NCBI RefSeq assembly: GCF_009914755.1
Contig: NC_060926.1
Direction: 5' to 3' (one strand)
DNA length: 64,000 nucleotides
Source of the DNA: the human T2T-CHM13v2.0 reference genome, Homo sapiens
Below, piece by piece: positions 37,613 through 51,101 of the stretch. The translations under genes were made by a program, and so were the position numbers. The notes under the pieces were generated by a model. That model was given only the letters and a program-made list of their open reading frames with translations. It ran no database searches and had not been told where the DNA came from. Numbering within the stretch: the stretch's first letter is position 1; each line of letters opens with the position of its first letter.

Positions 37613-40600
37613 TGAAGCAGGTTCACTCTGCACTGGTTACCAACATACTTGAGTGTGGGGAACACAACACCCCCACACAGCAAGTTACATGAAATGGGTT
37701 TATTATTTACAGATAAGCAGCAAGGGAACACCACAAAAGTCTTGGACTTATTATGGGTCAGTCCCTCAAGGCACAGGAAAGCCATGTGGAGCTGATGGAG
37801 TTGACTATGTGTACCCCACATGCACCACAGCTCAGGAATCCAGGAAAGCAGCCACTCAGGGTTTTATATCCTGAGCTAAGAAGACACACAGGGCTAAAGT
37901 GCTAACGGACATCCTATTCTATGGGAAACTGGTATAGAGCACAGGTAGGTTGTTCTGCTCAGTTCCTCTCCATCTCAGGATGTTACGATTCCAGCAAATT
38001 CTACAATTATTCTTGAGAACTCATAAAATAAGCAAGAAAGTGGAGAGAACTAAGTCAGTCCAGGGTCATTGGAGAACTGTTTTGCAATTACCCCACCACC
38101 TAGACATCCCCCTTAGCAAAGCTAGCATATTTCATATGCCCACCAACTTCCCTTGAACTGGAGGCAGAAGTTTATCTTTTCAGATTGATGAAGCACCTTG
38201 ACTAACACAACTTCAATGCAGATTATGAAGCCATAGTGAGAGTACATTTCACTGGGCCACGAAAAGCTAGTACCACTGGTGTAGGGTCCAGCCCTGTGGG
38301 GCTTAGTGGGGGTTCTCCCCATGTGCAGAGATGAGAGATTGTAATAAAGAAAGACACAAGACAAAGAGATAAAGAGAAAGCAGCTTGGCCTGGGGGACCA
38401 CTACCATCAAGACGTGGAGACTGGTAGTGGCTCTGGACGGCTGGGCACACTAATATTTATTACATACAAGACAAGGGGGGCAGGGTAAGGAGGGTGGATC
38501 TTCCAAGTGATTGATAAGGTGAAGCAAGTCACGTGATCATAGGACAGGGGGCCCTTCCCTTTTAGGTAGCCGAAGCAGAGAGAGAGAAGACAGCATACGT
38601 CAGCATTTTCTTCTACGCACTTATAAGAAAGATCAAAGACTTTAAGACTTTCAGTATTTCTTCTACCGCTACCTACTACGAACGTCAAAGAGGAACCCGG
38701 AGTATGGGAGGAACATGAATGTGGACAAAGAGTGTGACCATTGAGGCACAGCACCACAGGGAATGGTTTAGGCTTCCGGATGACTGTGGGCAGGCCTGGA
38801 TAATATCCAGCCTTCCACAAGAAGCTGGGGGAGCAGAGTGTTCCCTGACTCCTCCAAGGAAAGGAGACTCCCTTTCGCGGTCTGCTAAGTAAAGGGTGTC
38901 TTCCTAGACACTGGCATTACTGCTTGACCAAGGAGCCCTCAAGTGGCCTTTATGCAGGTGTGACAGAGGGCTCACCTCTTGCCTTCTAGGTCACTTCTAG
39001 CAATGTCCCTTCAGTACCTGACACTATACTCTTAGGTTATTCCTAGGTTATATTAGTAATGCGACAAAGAGTAATATTAAAAGCTAATGATTAATAATGT
39101 TTATAATAGTGATTGATAATTGTCCATGATCATCTCTATATCTAATTTGTGTTATGACTATTCTTATTCTAACTATTTTCTTTATTCTACTGAAACAGTT
39201 TTGCCTGCAGTCTTTTCCTCGGCACCTACGTAATCTTTCACACACACACTGGCAGGAGGGTAAGACTCCCCAAAGCAGTGACTAAGATGTTAAGAAGTGA
39301 AAGGGGGATCTTTCAGATGCCCTATTCTCTGCAGCCAGTGGGCCTGCTTTAGGATCACCTCTACTTGTATTTCTAGAATACCCGAGGTGTTTATCCAGGC
39401 ACAGCAGGTAGTATTGGGTGTTGGTAATTGCGTGGAAAGTCTCCGTTGGGTTCCTCAAGAATGTGCCCATTGTCATGCGGATTGGGCGGTTGTTTCTTGG
39501 TCAGAGTGAAGTCTCATGGGGTATCCAAAAACATGACATAAATTCCTTTCAAAGGTCACCATGGTAGCCCCAGCATCTAACTGAGTGACATACATTTAGC
39601 TGTCCAGGAAGCAAGCTATGGCCATAGTCCTTTTCCCTACACAGGGGATCCTTTAATAGTTCTGCCACTCAGTTGCTATTTTCCTGACCAGATGGCTGGG
39701 TTGTTGGCAATGGCCCATGATTTAGTGGAAATGGAGCAAAATATAGTGTTGGGGGCAGCCTGCATGGCTACTATCATTGCATGAAGTTTGGCCCACTGGG
39801 CAGAATGTCCATGTTCAGTGTCAGTCAAAAGATGCCATCCCCTGGCTGGATGGTGGCCTCACCCAGTGGACCCACTGGCATGTATTTTGTACAATCATCA
39901 GGGCCCCATGCCATACTGACATAGGCATGTCTCTGAATCGTTGGCTCATTGTGGCCAAAGGAAAAACAAAATTGTCCCCTATGGGTCATTTGTTCCCTTC
40001 TAGGAAGCTTGCTATTTGTTTATGGGCATTCATCCATTTGCACATGGATCCTGTGGGAACTGGGTTAGGGCGAATTCTGACTGTACCAGTTCCATTTAAT
40101 AATTTGGATCTGTTGGGCCTGTCCAGTTTTATTGATTGTGTTTGTAGGCACCAAAGTGAGAATGGGTAGTTAAGGTAGCAGCGTCATCCCTGATGCTCTA
40201 GCTATGAGATAATCAGCCCCTATCAGTTTCCTACAGCAAGAAGTTGCCATTCAAAAGAGGCACAACTGGTGGCTTCTGTTGCCACAGGCTCCAGTCAGCA
40301 TATATAGAAATAGTGGACACCTGGATTTCCATTGAGCAAGCAGCCTCTGAAGGTCTTAAAGAAGTGCCTCAGTCATGCCTTGTTGAACAGATTCCAAGGG
40401 TGATTTTGACTAACATGACCAAAAGAACACCCAGGTAAGGTTTCTACTGTCCCCAGTACCCCAAAATACCTACTAGCTTCTGGGTCTCCATCTTATTAGT
40501 GGACGCCACCAGGACCAGCAATGATTAAATATACCTGGGATACCTCCTAGGTTTCTTTTTCAGGTGGCCTTGGCATTCAGCCTTCAACAATCCATCATTG

Positions 40601-42141
40601 GTCTGCCAAACTGGGTTGTTCCATTGTGACACCAGGCTTTGTGACATTTTAATCTTTTTGTAGCAACTATTAAATTTACTAGGTAGTGTTCCGATCTTCA
40701 CTGAATATGCAGTCCTGCTTTGTGAACAACACTCTGGGACACGGGAAGCTTAGGTGGCAGGCAGGAGTGGATATGCCCCACTGTCGTGTCTTGAATACTT
40801 AGCTATGAGTGCGGATAGCCCCTCAGGCAGCAGTGATGTTTTGTGGCACAGCAGCAAAATGTCAGTACCTCTATTGCACTCTGCAGTGAGAACCATGGTC
40901 ACCAGCACCCAACATAGCCCAAAGGGTGTGGTCCACATGCAGATCAGCACACAAGCACATACTCACCATGGGGTCCTCATTTGTCTTGACACCTTCTGAT
41001 GTCTTCAGTTTATTTTTTTCCAGGGAGGACCTGGTAATATTGTCAGGTGGATTGCAGCATACAAAAATCCCAGAATAGTCTGAATTCTTTTTTTTTTTTT
41101 TCACCTTTTATCTTGAGAGGAATATAGGGCTGGTAGCCTCTGGTGGAGACCTTGGCCCTGTTCCTACCTGTGCCATTCAGACAGACATTTGGGTCTGCAA
41201 TGTGGCTTAACCAAACAAACACACCGACCAGGCTGCATAAGACTTCCCTCGTGTTTTTCCATGTCTCTTTTATAGAGAGTGAGCCTCCTTTTCTGTGATG
41301 GCCATTGTTGTTCATTTTGGTTCCTTATCAGATGCTTCAGGGACCATTGAGATTATCTTTCTTGTGTCATCTTGGGTGACTCAGGGTCCATCTGATTACC
41401 CATGTCTTGAGCTCTCTTGCCTCAGGAATGAGCAATCATGCAACTGTCTAACAACTAGAAAATTGTGTACCCCATTCCTATTTCCACATTCTTTTTTCTA
41501 TGTCTCAATTCAGTCAGCCAGCTGATCCATATTAATGGGAGGAGGACAAATGTCCTGTTTATCCTCCCTCCTCATTAAACATCCATCTGCATGTCCAGCC
41601 CTTGCATCTCCAGGCTGATATCTCTGTCCTGGGCCAGGTACTGGAGAGTATTGTTCCTCCAACTTCACCATAAGCCATAGTTCTCTCAAATCAAACCTTC
41701 TCACTGCACCAATTTTGCCAAGAAGGTTTGCTGTGCACTGGTTGCCAACTTACCCAAATCTAGTGAGACAGAACACCCATGCACAACCAGTTACATGAAG
41801 TGGATTACTACTTACAGAGAGTCAGCATGAGAGAGCACAAAGCTGTCAGGGCCTGATTGACTCTAGACCATACATACCCAACAAGGACTGCAGCTGAGGG
41901 ACCCTGGAATGCAGTCCACCCTGGGTTTTATGTCTTAGAATCACATGACACACTGGGCTAGAGTGTTGAGGGAATTCCTCTTTGTAGTAGGGACAGAAAC
42001 AGAGCCCAGGATATTTTGGCCAATCTTGTTCTAGCTCAGAATGCTACATTTCCAGAACATTCTACAGTTATTCCTGAAAACTACTAGCAAGAAAGGGAAG
42101 GAGACTGGGTTGATTCATGACTAAATGGAAACTTTTCTGCA
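37613..42141 (-). mobile_element. Ancient two-LTR endogenous retrovirus (ERVL-like, MER68/MER77/MER21-type LTRs at about 37613-38086 and 41716-42141) inserted in an L1M
   Basis: Two similar LTRs; TGG-initiated primer-binding-site-like sequence at about 41711-41694; purine tract next to the 3' LTR; decayed pol and env-like fragments; L1 flanks contiguous on both sides. Confidence 0.65.
38280..39246 (-). mobile_element. LTR13/LTR13A (HERV-K group) solo LTR
   Basis: Minus strand starts TGTGTGTGAAAGATTACGTAGGTGCCGAGG and ends GGACCCTACA; perfect 6-bp TSD CACTGG at 38274-38279 and 39247-39252. Confidence 0.85.
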
Positions 42142-44882
42142 AATACCAAAGTGAAATCATAACTCGGTATTTTTGAGACTGGGTTATTTCACTTAGTGTA
42201 GTGTCCTCTAGTTTTATCCATGTTGTAGCGTGTGTCAGAATTTCCCTCAGTAATGTGCTTTTGTATGTATATACCACATATGGATTACCAATTCCTTCCT
42301 TTGTGAACATTTGAGTTGCTTCTACCTTTTGGCTACTATGAACAATTCGGTTCTGAATGTGGGTATACAAATACGTCCTCAAGTTAATATCTTCAATTAC
42401 TTGGGTATGTGTCCAAAAGTGTAATTGCTGAGTTATATAGTATTTCTATTTTTATTTCTTTGAGGAATTGCCATCTTGTTTCCCACAGCAGGTGGGCCAT
42501 TTACATCACCAAGACAGTGTCCACAGGAGTTCCAGTTCCCTAAATTCTCACCAAGACTGGTCATTTTCTGTTGGAAAAAAATCCTAATATGTGCAAAGTG
42601 GGGTTTGTTTTTATTTTTCTAAGGATTAATAACATTGAGCATCTTTTCTTATTCTAGTTATCTAATTATCTCTAAAGAATCTTCTTTAGGGAAATGTCTA
42701 TTCATGTACTTTTCTCACTTTTAATCAGTTATTTTATTTTTACTGTTGACATGTAGAAATTATTTTTGTATAGTAGATATTATTAACCCCTTATCAGATA
42801 TGATTTAAAAATATTTTTTTCTGTTCCACATGTTGCATTTTCACTGTGTTGATTATGTCTTTTGATGCCCATTTTAAATTTTTATGAAGTCCAATTTATC
42901 TTCTTTTCTACCTTTGCCTGTATTTTGGTGTTAAAGGTGTTAGTATTTAAATGTCTATACATACTGACTTACTATACTGAGAAGGTCACACTCCACCATC
43001 TCTCTGATGGTGGAGCTAAGAGTTTTACACTCTCCCATTTTGTACCAGGGGACAGTGCAGCTATGTGAGAACCCAGTGACTTTCCCGAGCTTATTTGTCT
43101 TGCATTTTTGGTGACATGGATTGTTGTTCACATTGGCTTCCTCTGGCAGGTCCACCTGAAAAGCATTATATTTAGCAAGAAAAACAGGAGGCAGTGAATG
43201 ATGTCACTGTGGATTGTGTATATTCCCTGTTGCAAATGTCAAATTCGTGAAGCATAAAGGGATTTACTAGGGATATTAAATTCCTTGCAAATTGTTGAAA
43301 AGTCTTAAGGAACATGCTCCTGGCAAAGCCTCTAGAACAATTCCAAGAATGGCACTGCTGGTGCAGGCTGGGGAGGAGCTCCTGCTGCCTTAGACTCCAC
43401 ATTCAAGCTGTCTCCTGCAGAAAAGAGAGCAGCTCTTCTCACTACTGCCCCCAGAAGGACAGCCGCTCTGCTATCAACTACTAGAAAACTGACCCCTTTC
43501 TCTGCATACCTGCCTGTGTTGATTACATCTTCATGTCAGTCTCACATAGATTCATCTGTTTTCAAGGCTGCAGGGTTTATTTCTGCCCAAGTCCATCCTG
43601 TGGCTTTCTATCATAAGTACACATCTTTCTACACTTGAATTTCCAGGCATTACTAGTATCAACCACAACAGGCTACAATCTAACATAAATATTTTCTTTA
43701 CAAAGAACATCATGCTACCAATGTAGCACTGTGCTCCCCAAAATGTGAGGAATCTCCAATCTGTTCAGCCCAACACCATCCAGGAAAAAATGATCTTCTC
43801 TCATGAGCCATTAATCTGTGTACATATTATTTAATATGTGGTCTATATTATAAAGGTGGCTAAAAATAGCACTTTGATTTTTTTAAAGAAAGGGTGTATT
43901 GAAAAGACTAAATTATTTAACATACATATATGAATGGCTCATTTCGTTATTGTCACCAGCTTCTTCCGTATTTATTTTATTCTCTAGTTTCTGGCAATAA
44001 TTTCTCTATGGTAGAGTCTGGAAAGGCTATTCCTCATGTCCTTGGCTTCCTAAGTCCCATAGGTGGTGAAGAATGCCCATCAGATGTGTTACTACAGAGT
44101 GCTTTTGGATTGAGATGAGGGAGGGGAAGTGCCTGATCTCACTCAAATGTACTCAATTTCCTGGTCTGGGTCACAGCCAGGCAGCACAGTCTTGTGGGCA
44201 CAGTATCTTCACTTGCCATGTTTCTATCAAAATGAGAGTATCTTCCTTCACTGTGGAAAACACGGGGTGGGCAGGGTGAGGGAATAGCAAAGGGAGTACT
44301 TGGAGATCCCTAAGCTGCCACTGGTTTCTCCAAATGTTTTCAATCCATTTAATTCATGATAATAAACACCTTTCTACCTAACCAGTCATAATCGCTTTTC
44401 TCAGATCCAACTGATTCAGTGATAAATCTAAAGAGAAAAAATAAATACACTTTTCCACGTTTAAGCTGACCATGAATGTTTCCACCTCCATATCCCACTA
44501 TGCGTTTCATCTTCCCTTTGCCTCACTGGCGATCCAAGTGCAAGTAATGCTTCACATGACTGTGATCCCTAGAACTTCTACCTGATGACTGTTGACGTCT
44601 TCTCTGAGTTTTACCAGTGGAAATGGCAATAAATAGAAACATTCCAGAAGGTCCCCTAGGGTGCATATTTTCTGTACTTCCTCTCTAAGATATGTAAAAT
44701 CAATTCCATTTGCTCTTGCTTTATATGAACTAGACCTATGGCCCCAGCAAACAAACTAACACCCTGTGTTGACAACTTATCCAGTATTGTCTTAAGTCTA
44801 AATGGTCACATGCTTATATCATTTCTTCCAATTTCTTGGGATAATTGTCATGTCAACTCTTTGGATTAAGAATCATCAACCA

Positions 44883-45178
44883 GGCCAGGCGTGGTGGCTC
44901 ATGCCTGTAATCCCAGCACTTTGGGAGGCAGAGGCAGGCAGATCACGAGGTCAAGAGATCAAGACCATTCCTGGCCCACATGTTGAAACCCCGTTTGTAG
45001 TAAAAATACAAAAATTAGCTGGGCTACAGGTGGTGTACCCCCTGTAGTCCCAGCTACTCGGGAGGCTGAGGCAGGAGAATAGCTTAAACCTGGGAGGCAG
45101 AGGTTACAGTGAAGCCGAGATGGCGCCATTGCACTCCAGCCTGGCAGCAGAGTGAGAGACCGTCTTAAAAAAAAAAAA
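44883..45178 (+). mobile_element. Alu with 15-bp TSD, specific to unit C
   Basis: TSD AAGAA(T/C)CATCAACCA at 44868-44882 and 45177-45191; empty site in units A and B. Confidence 0.95.
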
Positions 45179-48100
45179 GAACCATCAACCAGAAAACCAC
45201 AGCCCTGAGAAAACAGAAATAGAGTATTTCAAGCTGTTCAGTTGGCGTTAACAATGGTAAGTCTACAGCTCATTTTCAAGATATATATATTCTGTTTAAG
45301 GGAGTAAAAGCACCCATCACGGTTAATGTTTCAGAGCCTCCACCACTTCTGATCGTATAGTAATTCAACAGCACAAGGGTTTGTGTGACAGCTTTGCTTG
45401 ACTAATAATAGGTTTTTCCCTGTCTATAGGGAAAGTTGCACCTGTGCACAAGACAAGATCATAAGCTACACTTCGCTCTTCTTTTTTGAGGTAAATAACT
45501 TGCTTGATCCAAAGCCATTTTATGGAAGAATTTCCTGATTCTGATGAAAGCACTTGGAAAATCCTCAAATAATATTTTATGCAGAAACATAACCGATAAG
45601 AATGGCAAATTCATATATAGGAAAATAACCAGTGCTTTCCTTATGTTACATGAGGTCCACTAGTATCACCTAATACCAGCTGTTAGTCTGAGCCCTGATG
45701 TATCATACAATGTTAGGGGTTCTTCTTGACAAATTAGATGTTCAGAAAAGCCGGTAGCCCTGTAGGTCTCAGTTAGTTGAAAGTCATATTATTGAGCCCC
45801 CCAGAGACCTCCATAACATTGGTTCATGATACTCCCTGGGAAAGCTGGGAAAGGTGACTGACTGAAGTCCATGTGTTGAATCATCCTCATTATTAAAAGC
45901 CCCCTGCTCATTAATGGCATTTTGATTAATACTCACTTGGAAAGCATTTTTTTGGATTGTGGCTCATTTTTGAAACATCTCATCATAGCTCTTCCAGAAT
46001 GGCTTTGTCTGCAATCATCCTGTTGTGTTTCTTTTAAGACCTGATGATCTGTTAAAACCAAAGGCCAATATTATAAAAATCCTCTTCTCTTTGCAATGGG
46101 ATCATCAGATGTAACCTTACAGTTTACCCACGGTTAGGATTTTTACATTTCCAGGGCTTCCTTGACAATGGCACTGATGTGACTCCATCCAGCATCTATT
46201 GTTGTGAGGACTCTATCTGGCATATCATCATTGTGGGCATGAACATAATGGAGATTTTCACAGGATGCAATGGTTAATATTCAACGTTAGTCAAAATTTC
46301 TTCTAGTCCTACCCTTGGAGCTCTACTGGGTTGGAAAAATATTTTCATGTAAGGACAACCATTTGGTAGAGTTTTAAAAATAAAGGCTACCAATAAATTT
46401 TCTGTAGCAAGAGTATGAACTATTTGTGGTCCAGAATACAATTTTTTATGGAATGTAACAAAAATTATTTAAATGTATTCAATGTAGATAATAATTTTAC
46501 AAATAGGCTTATATTGCATATATAATAGAAGAAACACAATTAAACATAAATACTATATATATGTAGCCATTTTAACAAATAAGTATATATTTATTTATAC
46601 ATATCTTACATACATTTATGCATATTTTTCCACAAATAAGGTAAATTTTAATTTTTTATTGAAATATTAGTTTTAATTTTGTCATTAATTTTCTTTTAAT
46701 AACTTTATAATTTGATTACTAAATATTCACATTTATACCACCAATTTAAGAAAAAATACATGTGTGTATATATAGGTAGAGGTGTAAATAATGTATCAGG
46801 GAGCTTTTATGCATAATGATTGGTAACTGGCTAAATACACAACTCAGTGACTGATAACAGTAAATATTTGTTTTCATGTTCATGGATGCTCATGTTCACA
46901 ATCATCTGGCTGATCAAGGAAGGGCTCAGGTAAGTGGTTTCTCTGCATGGCACTGAGCTTGTCTTCAGCCTATACATATTAATTGTCTTAGGACAAGGCT
47001 GAACAGCAGTGACTACCCATGACTCAAGATTCTTCTGGCAGGTCACAAGAGTGAACAACATCCCAAACCAAACTGCACAGCTGAGTTTAAGTCCAATAAT
47101 TTCTAACATAGCTTCACACATTTTAAATATATTCCTTTATTTCAGTGAGTACAAATTTTTAAGAAAATGTTCACTCCATTTAATTATAGAGGTGTTTGAT
47201 CATTCCATGGACAAATAACTATGATTTCAACTTACAGTATTGAAAATATTTGCAAATGTAAATTTGCATTAATAAGAAACTGAAGCTGGATGTGTTTTCA
47301 ACACGTGGCTTTAAATATAATATACTTAAATGGCCTCATGGGAGAAAATTCATTTTAACTTACATAAATATCCCTTTTTGCCTCTCTTTTGTCCTATAGA
47401 GTTGCCCAATAAGAGGTCCTTCCATGAGATTTGGAAATCAGAAAAGGATGACTCAATATTCTCCATTGGTACCTAAGACAGACACAGGGACAGGGATGAG
47501 GACAGGAGAAACACCTGAAAAGATGCTGTAGGAAGCTGAGAGCATCAGCACCCCCACCCCTAAGCTTCCAGACAGGACTGAGGACCACATGGTTAGATAG
47601 CCCATACTTTAGGGGCAGATGGATTCTGTTTTCTGAGGGAGCACCAGAGAATCCTGCTTCTAATGTCAGCTTTCATGACTACTATATCCTTGGCCTTGAA
47701 AGGTTGCAGTGTGAACGTTAATGTAGGAATTGGGTCATTCTTGACATACCCAACAGAGCCAAGAAACCAGGAGGGAAAGACACTCAGGGTGTAAAATATT
47801 GTCTGAAGAATGCAATTGAAATAGGCCCTATTATCCCATGGAAGTAATGTTTATGGTTTTTTGAATAAACATAGAAATTGACTTCCCCAGTCTTAAAACT
47901 CAAGTTAGTTACATTTGTCTTATCTGAGTTCCTTTTTCAGGAAACCCACCAAGAGGCCTCCAGATACTATCAGAGAGCTGAAACTTACATATCACTGAAT
48001 CAGGACAGTGAGACGTCAGACCCTTCACACATTGTGATTGCCTCACTGACCTTCTGCTTCCTGTTGACAAAATTAACTTCATTACCCCTCCCTAATTCCT

Positions 48101-48963
48101 GTTTGCCCACATTTCTTCCCTGCTATATAACCCCCTAATTTTAGTTTGTCAGGGAGATACATTTGAGAATGGGGTCCCATTTCCACAGCTGCAGCACCTG
48201 ATTAAAGCCTGTTTCTTGGCAATACTTGTTGTCTTAGTGATTGGTTTTATATGTGGTGAGCAGCAGGATCTACACCAAATCCCTGGCATTTCAGTAACAA
48301 GATTCTCTGCAAGCTTCACTGCTTTGGCCTCTTGTAACTGGAAATCAAATTCAACCCCAACTTCTGAATAATTTAACATAATTCTAGGATTCAGTTTGTC
48401 CATCAGTGCTTACCATTCTGAGCTTGCCAGCTCCCAAAATTTTCTGGAGCCAATAAACTTTCTCAAAGAGCAATAGGTAACATTTTCCTTTTTTCATGAA
48501 ACTCTAAGCTTCTCTTTGTTCTTTCAACATATTGAAGACCATTGAGTTTTTCTGTATGCCCCATTTAGCAAATATTTCTTAGCAAATAAAACATGAAATT
48601 TGAGATTCATCTCTATATTTTTATTTAGACTTCCATAGTTTATACTCTATTTCTCTGTATCAAGACAATTCCTGCTTAGAATATCTATAGTGGCTTCTTC
48701 TCTGTTACTTGAATTCCAACTGAAGCCATAAACTAGACTCCTCAGGTGTCATGATCCCTGCCTTTTTTAAATCAGGAGAGGAACTGTTATGTCTGTGCAC
48801 CTGGTGCTGAGAAAGAAAAAGAAATTGGGATGCAGAGGTGACTTCACATCCCCCTCTACCAACACCATCAGAGTGTGCCTGCATCTGAGGAACACTCTCA
48901 GCTGATGGAGGAATCAGGAGGAGCAGCTGGGGCAGCCCGGCCTCACATGTCTGCTTCCCTGGG

Positions 48964-48991
48964 GGTTTATGTTCAGGTTTGTAACACTGTG
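48964..48991 (-). other. 12-RSS of IGKV1-9
   Basis: CACAGTG + TTACAAACCTGA (12) + ACATAAACC. Confidence 0.96.
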
Positions 48992-49469
48992 GGAGGGTAA
49001 CTATTAAGCTGTTGACAGTAATAAGTTGCAAAATCTTCAGGCTGCAGGCTGCTGATTGTGAGAGTGAATTCTGTCCCAGATCCACTGCCGCTGAACCTTG
49101 ATGGGACCCCACTTTGCAAAGTGGATGCAGCATAGATCAGGAGCTTAGGGGCTTTCCCTGGTTTTTGCTGATACCAGGCTAAATAACTGCTAATGCCCTG
49201 ACTGGCCCGGCAAGTGATGGTGACTCTGTCTCCTACAGATGCAGACAGGAAGGATGGAGACTGGGTCAACTGGATGTCACATCTGGCACCTGAGATTGGA
49301 AATATAAACACAAATGTCCATAGAATTAATCATGTTGTAAGAGAACTTCCCTCAAGAGCCAGGCTGTACGGAACACACTGGGCTGAGTAAATTCCTAGTG
49401 TTCTCCTTCCTTACCTGGGAGCCAGAGCAGCAGGAGCCCCAGGAGCTGAGCGGGGACCCTCATGTCCAT
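48992..49469 (-). CDS. IGKV1-9: Ig kappa variable gene segment, VK1 family. Leader exon 49469-49415, intron 49414-49290, V exon 49289-48992
   Basis: Leader [23 protein letters not shown] region [35 protein letters not shown]...[28 protein letters not shown]. Canonical splice sites. Confidence 0.97.
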
Positions 49470-49514
49470 GCTGTGTCCTGACTGGGACTGACTCCTGCAC
49501 AGGTGTGACCAGCC

Positions 49515-49597
49515 TATTAAGAAGTCTTTAGGGCAGGGGGTGGTGCTCTGGGAACAAGCAAATCGGCAGGGGGTGGGGCAGGCTGGATACAGCTGCG
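49515..49597 (-). promoter_or_regulatory. Vk promoter of IGKV1-9 with variant octamer
   Basis: ATTTGCTT at 49556-49563 in the octamer position; CGCAGCTGTATCCAG at 49583-49597; the TATA-like site reads TTCTTAATA. Confidence 0.8.
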
Positions 49598-50349
49598 TGG
49601 CTGGCTTATCTCAGTAACTCAGCACAGGGGCAGTGTCCCCAGTGTCCCAGGTCAGACCAGGGCACCTAGATTTGCCTGCAGAGAATGTTTCTTCCTAAAG
49701 GATATTTTGTTACCAAGTACATTTTTGAGCATTTATTGGCAAATCTCGAAGTGGTTGTGAGAACTAGATGGAATAATATATTTCAATGCCGTATTGGGCA
49801 TAAGTAGGAGAATATCCTTGTTTGTAGAGAATTCTTAATAAAGTCTTAGAGAGTGGGGCTATCAGGTCTTCAACACACTGTGAAATTGTTCCAGTTGGGA
49901 GCGATACTTTGTGACATACATACTACATTTTTGTAAGCATGAAATTGATCTTTTTTTAAGTAAAAAAGAACACTTAGTCATGAGCAAGTAAAATGTTCTC
50001 AAAAGCATTTTGTAATGGCCCTAAACCAATGTTATTACCAGTCTAAGCTGAAGAGGTTTACTGCAGATTGACAAAGAAGATGATATTGGGATTCCTTAAA
50101 GCATATGACATCCACAGTTCCTGCATTGTCCAGAGCTATAAGTCTCTTTAATGCTCGAGTTTTAATGGGATTCATTTTATTCTCTGCTTGGGGACCCCCA
50201 TATTCTACCCCCTTTTCTGTCATTGTGAATTATTTCCCATGGTCCATCAGCATAAAAGTCTGACTAGCAATGCTAAATCTGATTACTTTAAAACAATTTT
50301 TTTTCTTCTTCTACTACAGGAGCCTTGATTAGCATAAACTTGAATCTTT

Positions 50350-50950
50350 GTGTTAGTTTGCTTAGGATAATGGCCTCCAGCACCATCCACAGTGTTGCAA
50401 AAGACATGATCTCATTTTTCATAGCTGTATATTAAGTATTCCATGTTGCATATGTACCACATTTTCTTTATCCAATCTACAACTGATGGGCATTTAGGTT
50501 GCTTCCACGTCTTTGCTATTAGGAATAGTGCAGTGATGAACATACACATGCATGTGTCTTTATGGTAAAATGATTTATATTCCTTAGAGTATATATCCAA
50601 TAAAGAGATTGCTGGGTCAAATGATATTTCTGTTTTAAGTTCTTTGCAAAATTGCCAAACTGCTTTTTATAATGGCTGAACTGATTTATATTCCCACCAG
50701 CAGTGTATAAGCATTCTCTTTTCTCCATAAACTCACTAGCATCTGTCATTTTTAAGTTTTTAATAATGGCCATTTTAACTGGTGTAAGATGGTATCTCAC
50801 TGTGGTTTTGATTTGCATTTTTTTAATAATTAGTGATTTTGAGCACTTTTTCATACGCTTTTTGGCCGTTAATATGCTTTTTTGAAAAGTGTTTGGTCGT
50901 ATACTTTGTCCACTTTTTAAAATAGTTTTTTTTTGCTTGTTAATTTGCTT
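50350..50950 (-). mobile_element. L1 3' region fragment (L1PA/PB)
   Basis: Minus-strand ORFs resemble the L1 ORF2 C-terminus ([18 protein letters not shown]; KTWKQPKCPSVVDWIKKMW). Confidence 0.85.
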
Positions 50951-51051
50951 AAGTTAGTTGGAGGTTTTTTAAGGAAAAAACCAGAATAAGAGAAAAAGAG
51001 GAAAATATAATACCACAGAAAACACAGACTGTGGTAAGTATTGCCTCATGG

Positions 51052-51058
<7 letters not shown>

Positions 51059-51088
<30 letters not shown>

Positions 51089-51101
51089 TATATATATATA
51101 T
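51059..51101. repeat. (TG)n(TA)n compound microsatellite
   Basis: Seen directly in sequence. Confidence 0.95.

Larger units (their letters stand above)
41545..50240. repeat. IGKV1 duplication unit C (contains IGKV1-9)
   Basis: Colinear with units A and B; carries one extra Alu. Confidence 0.9.
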
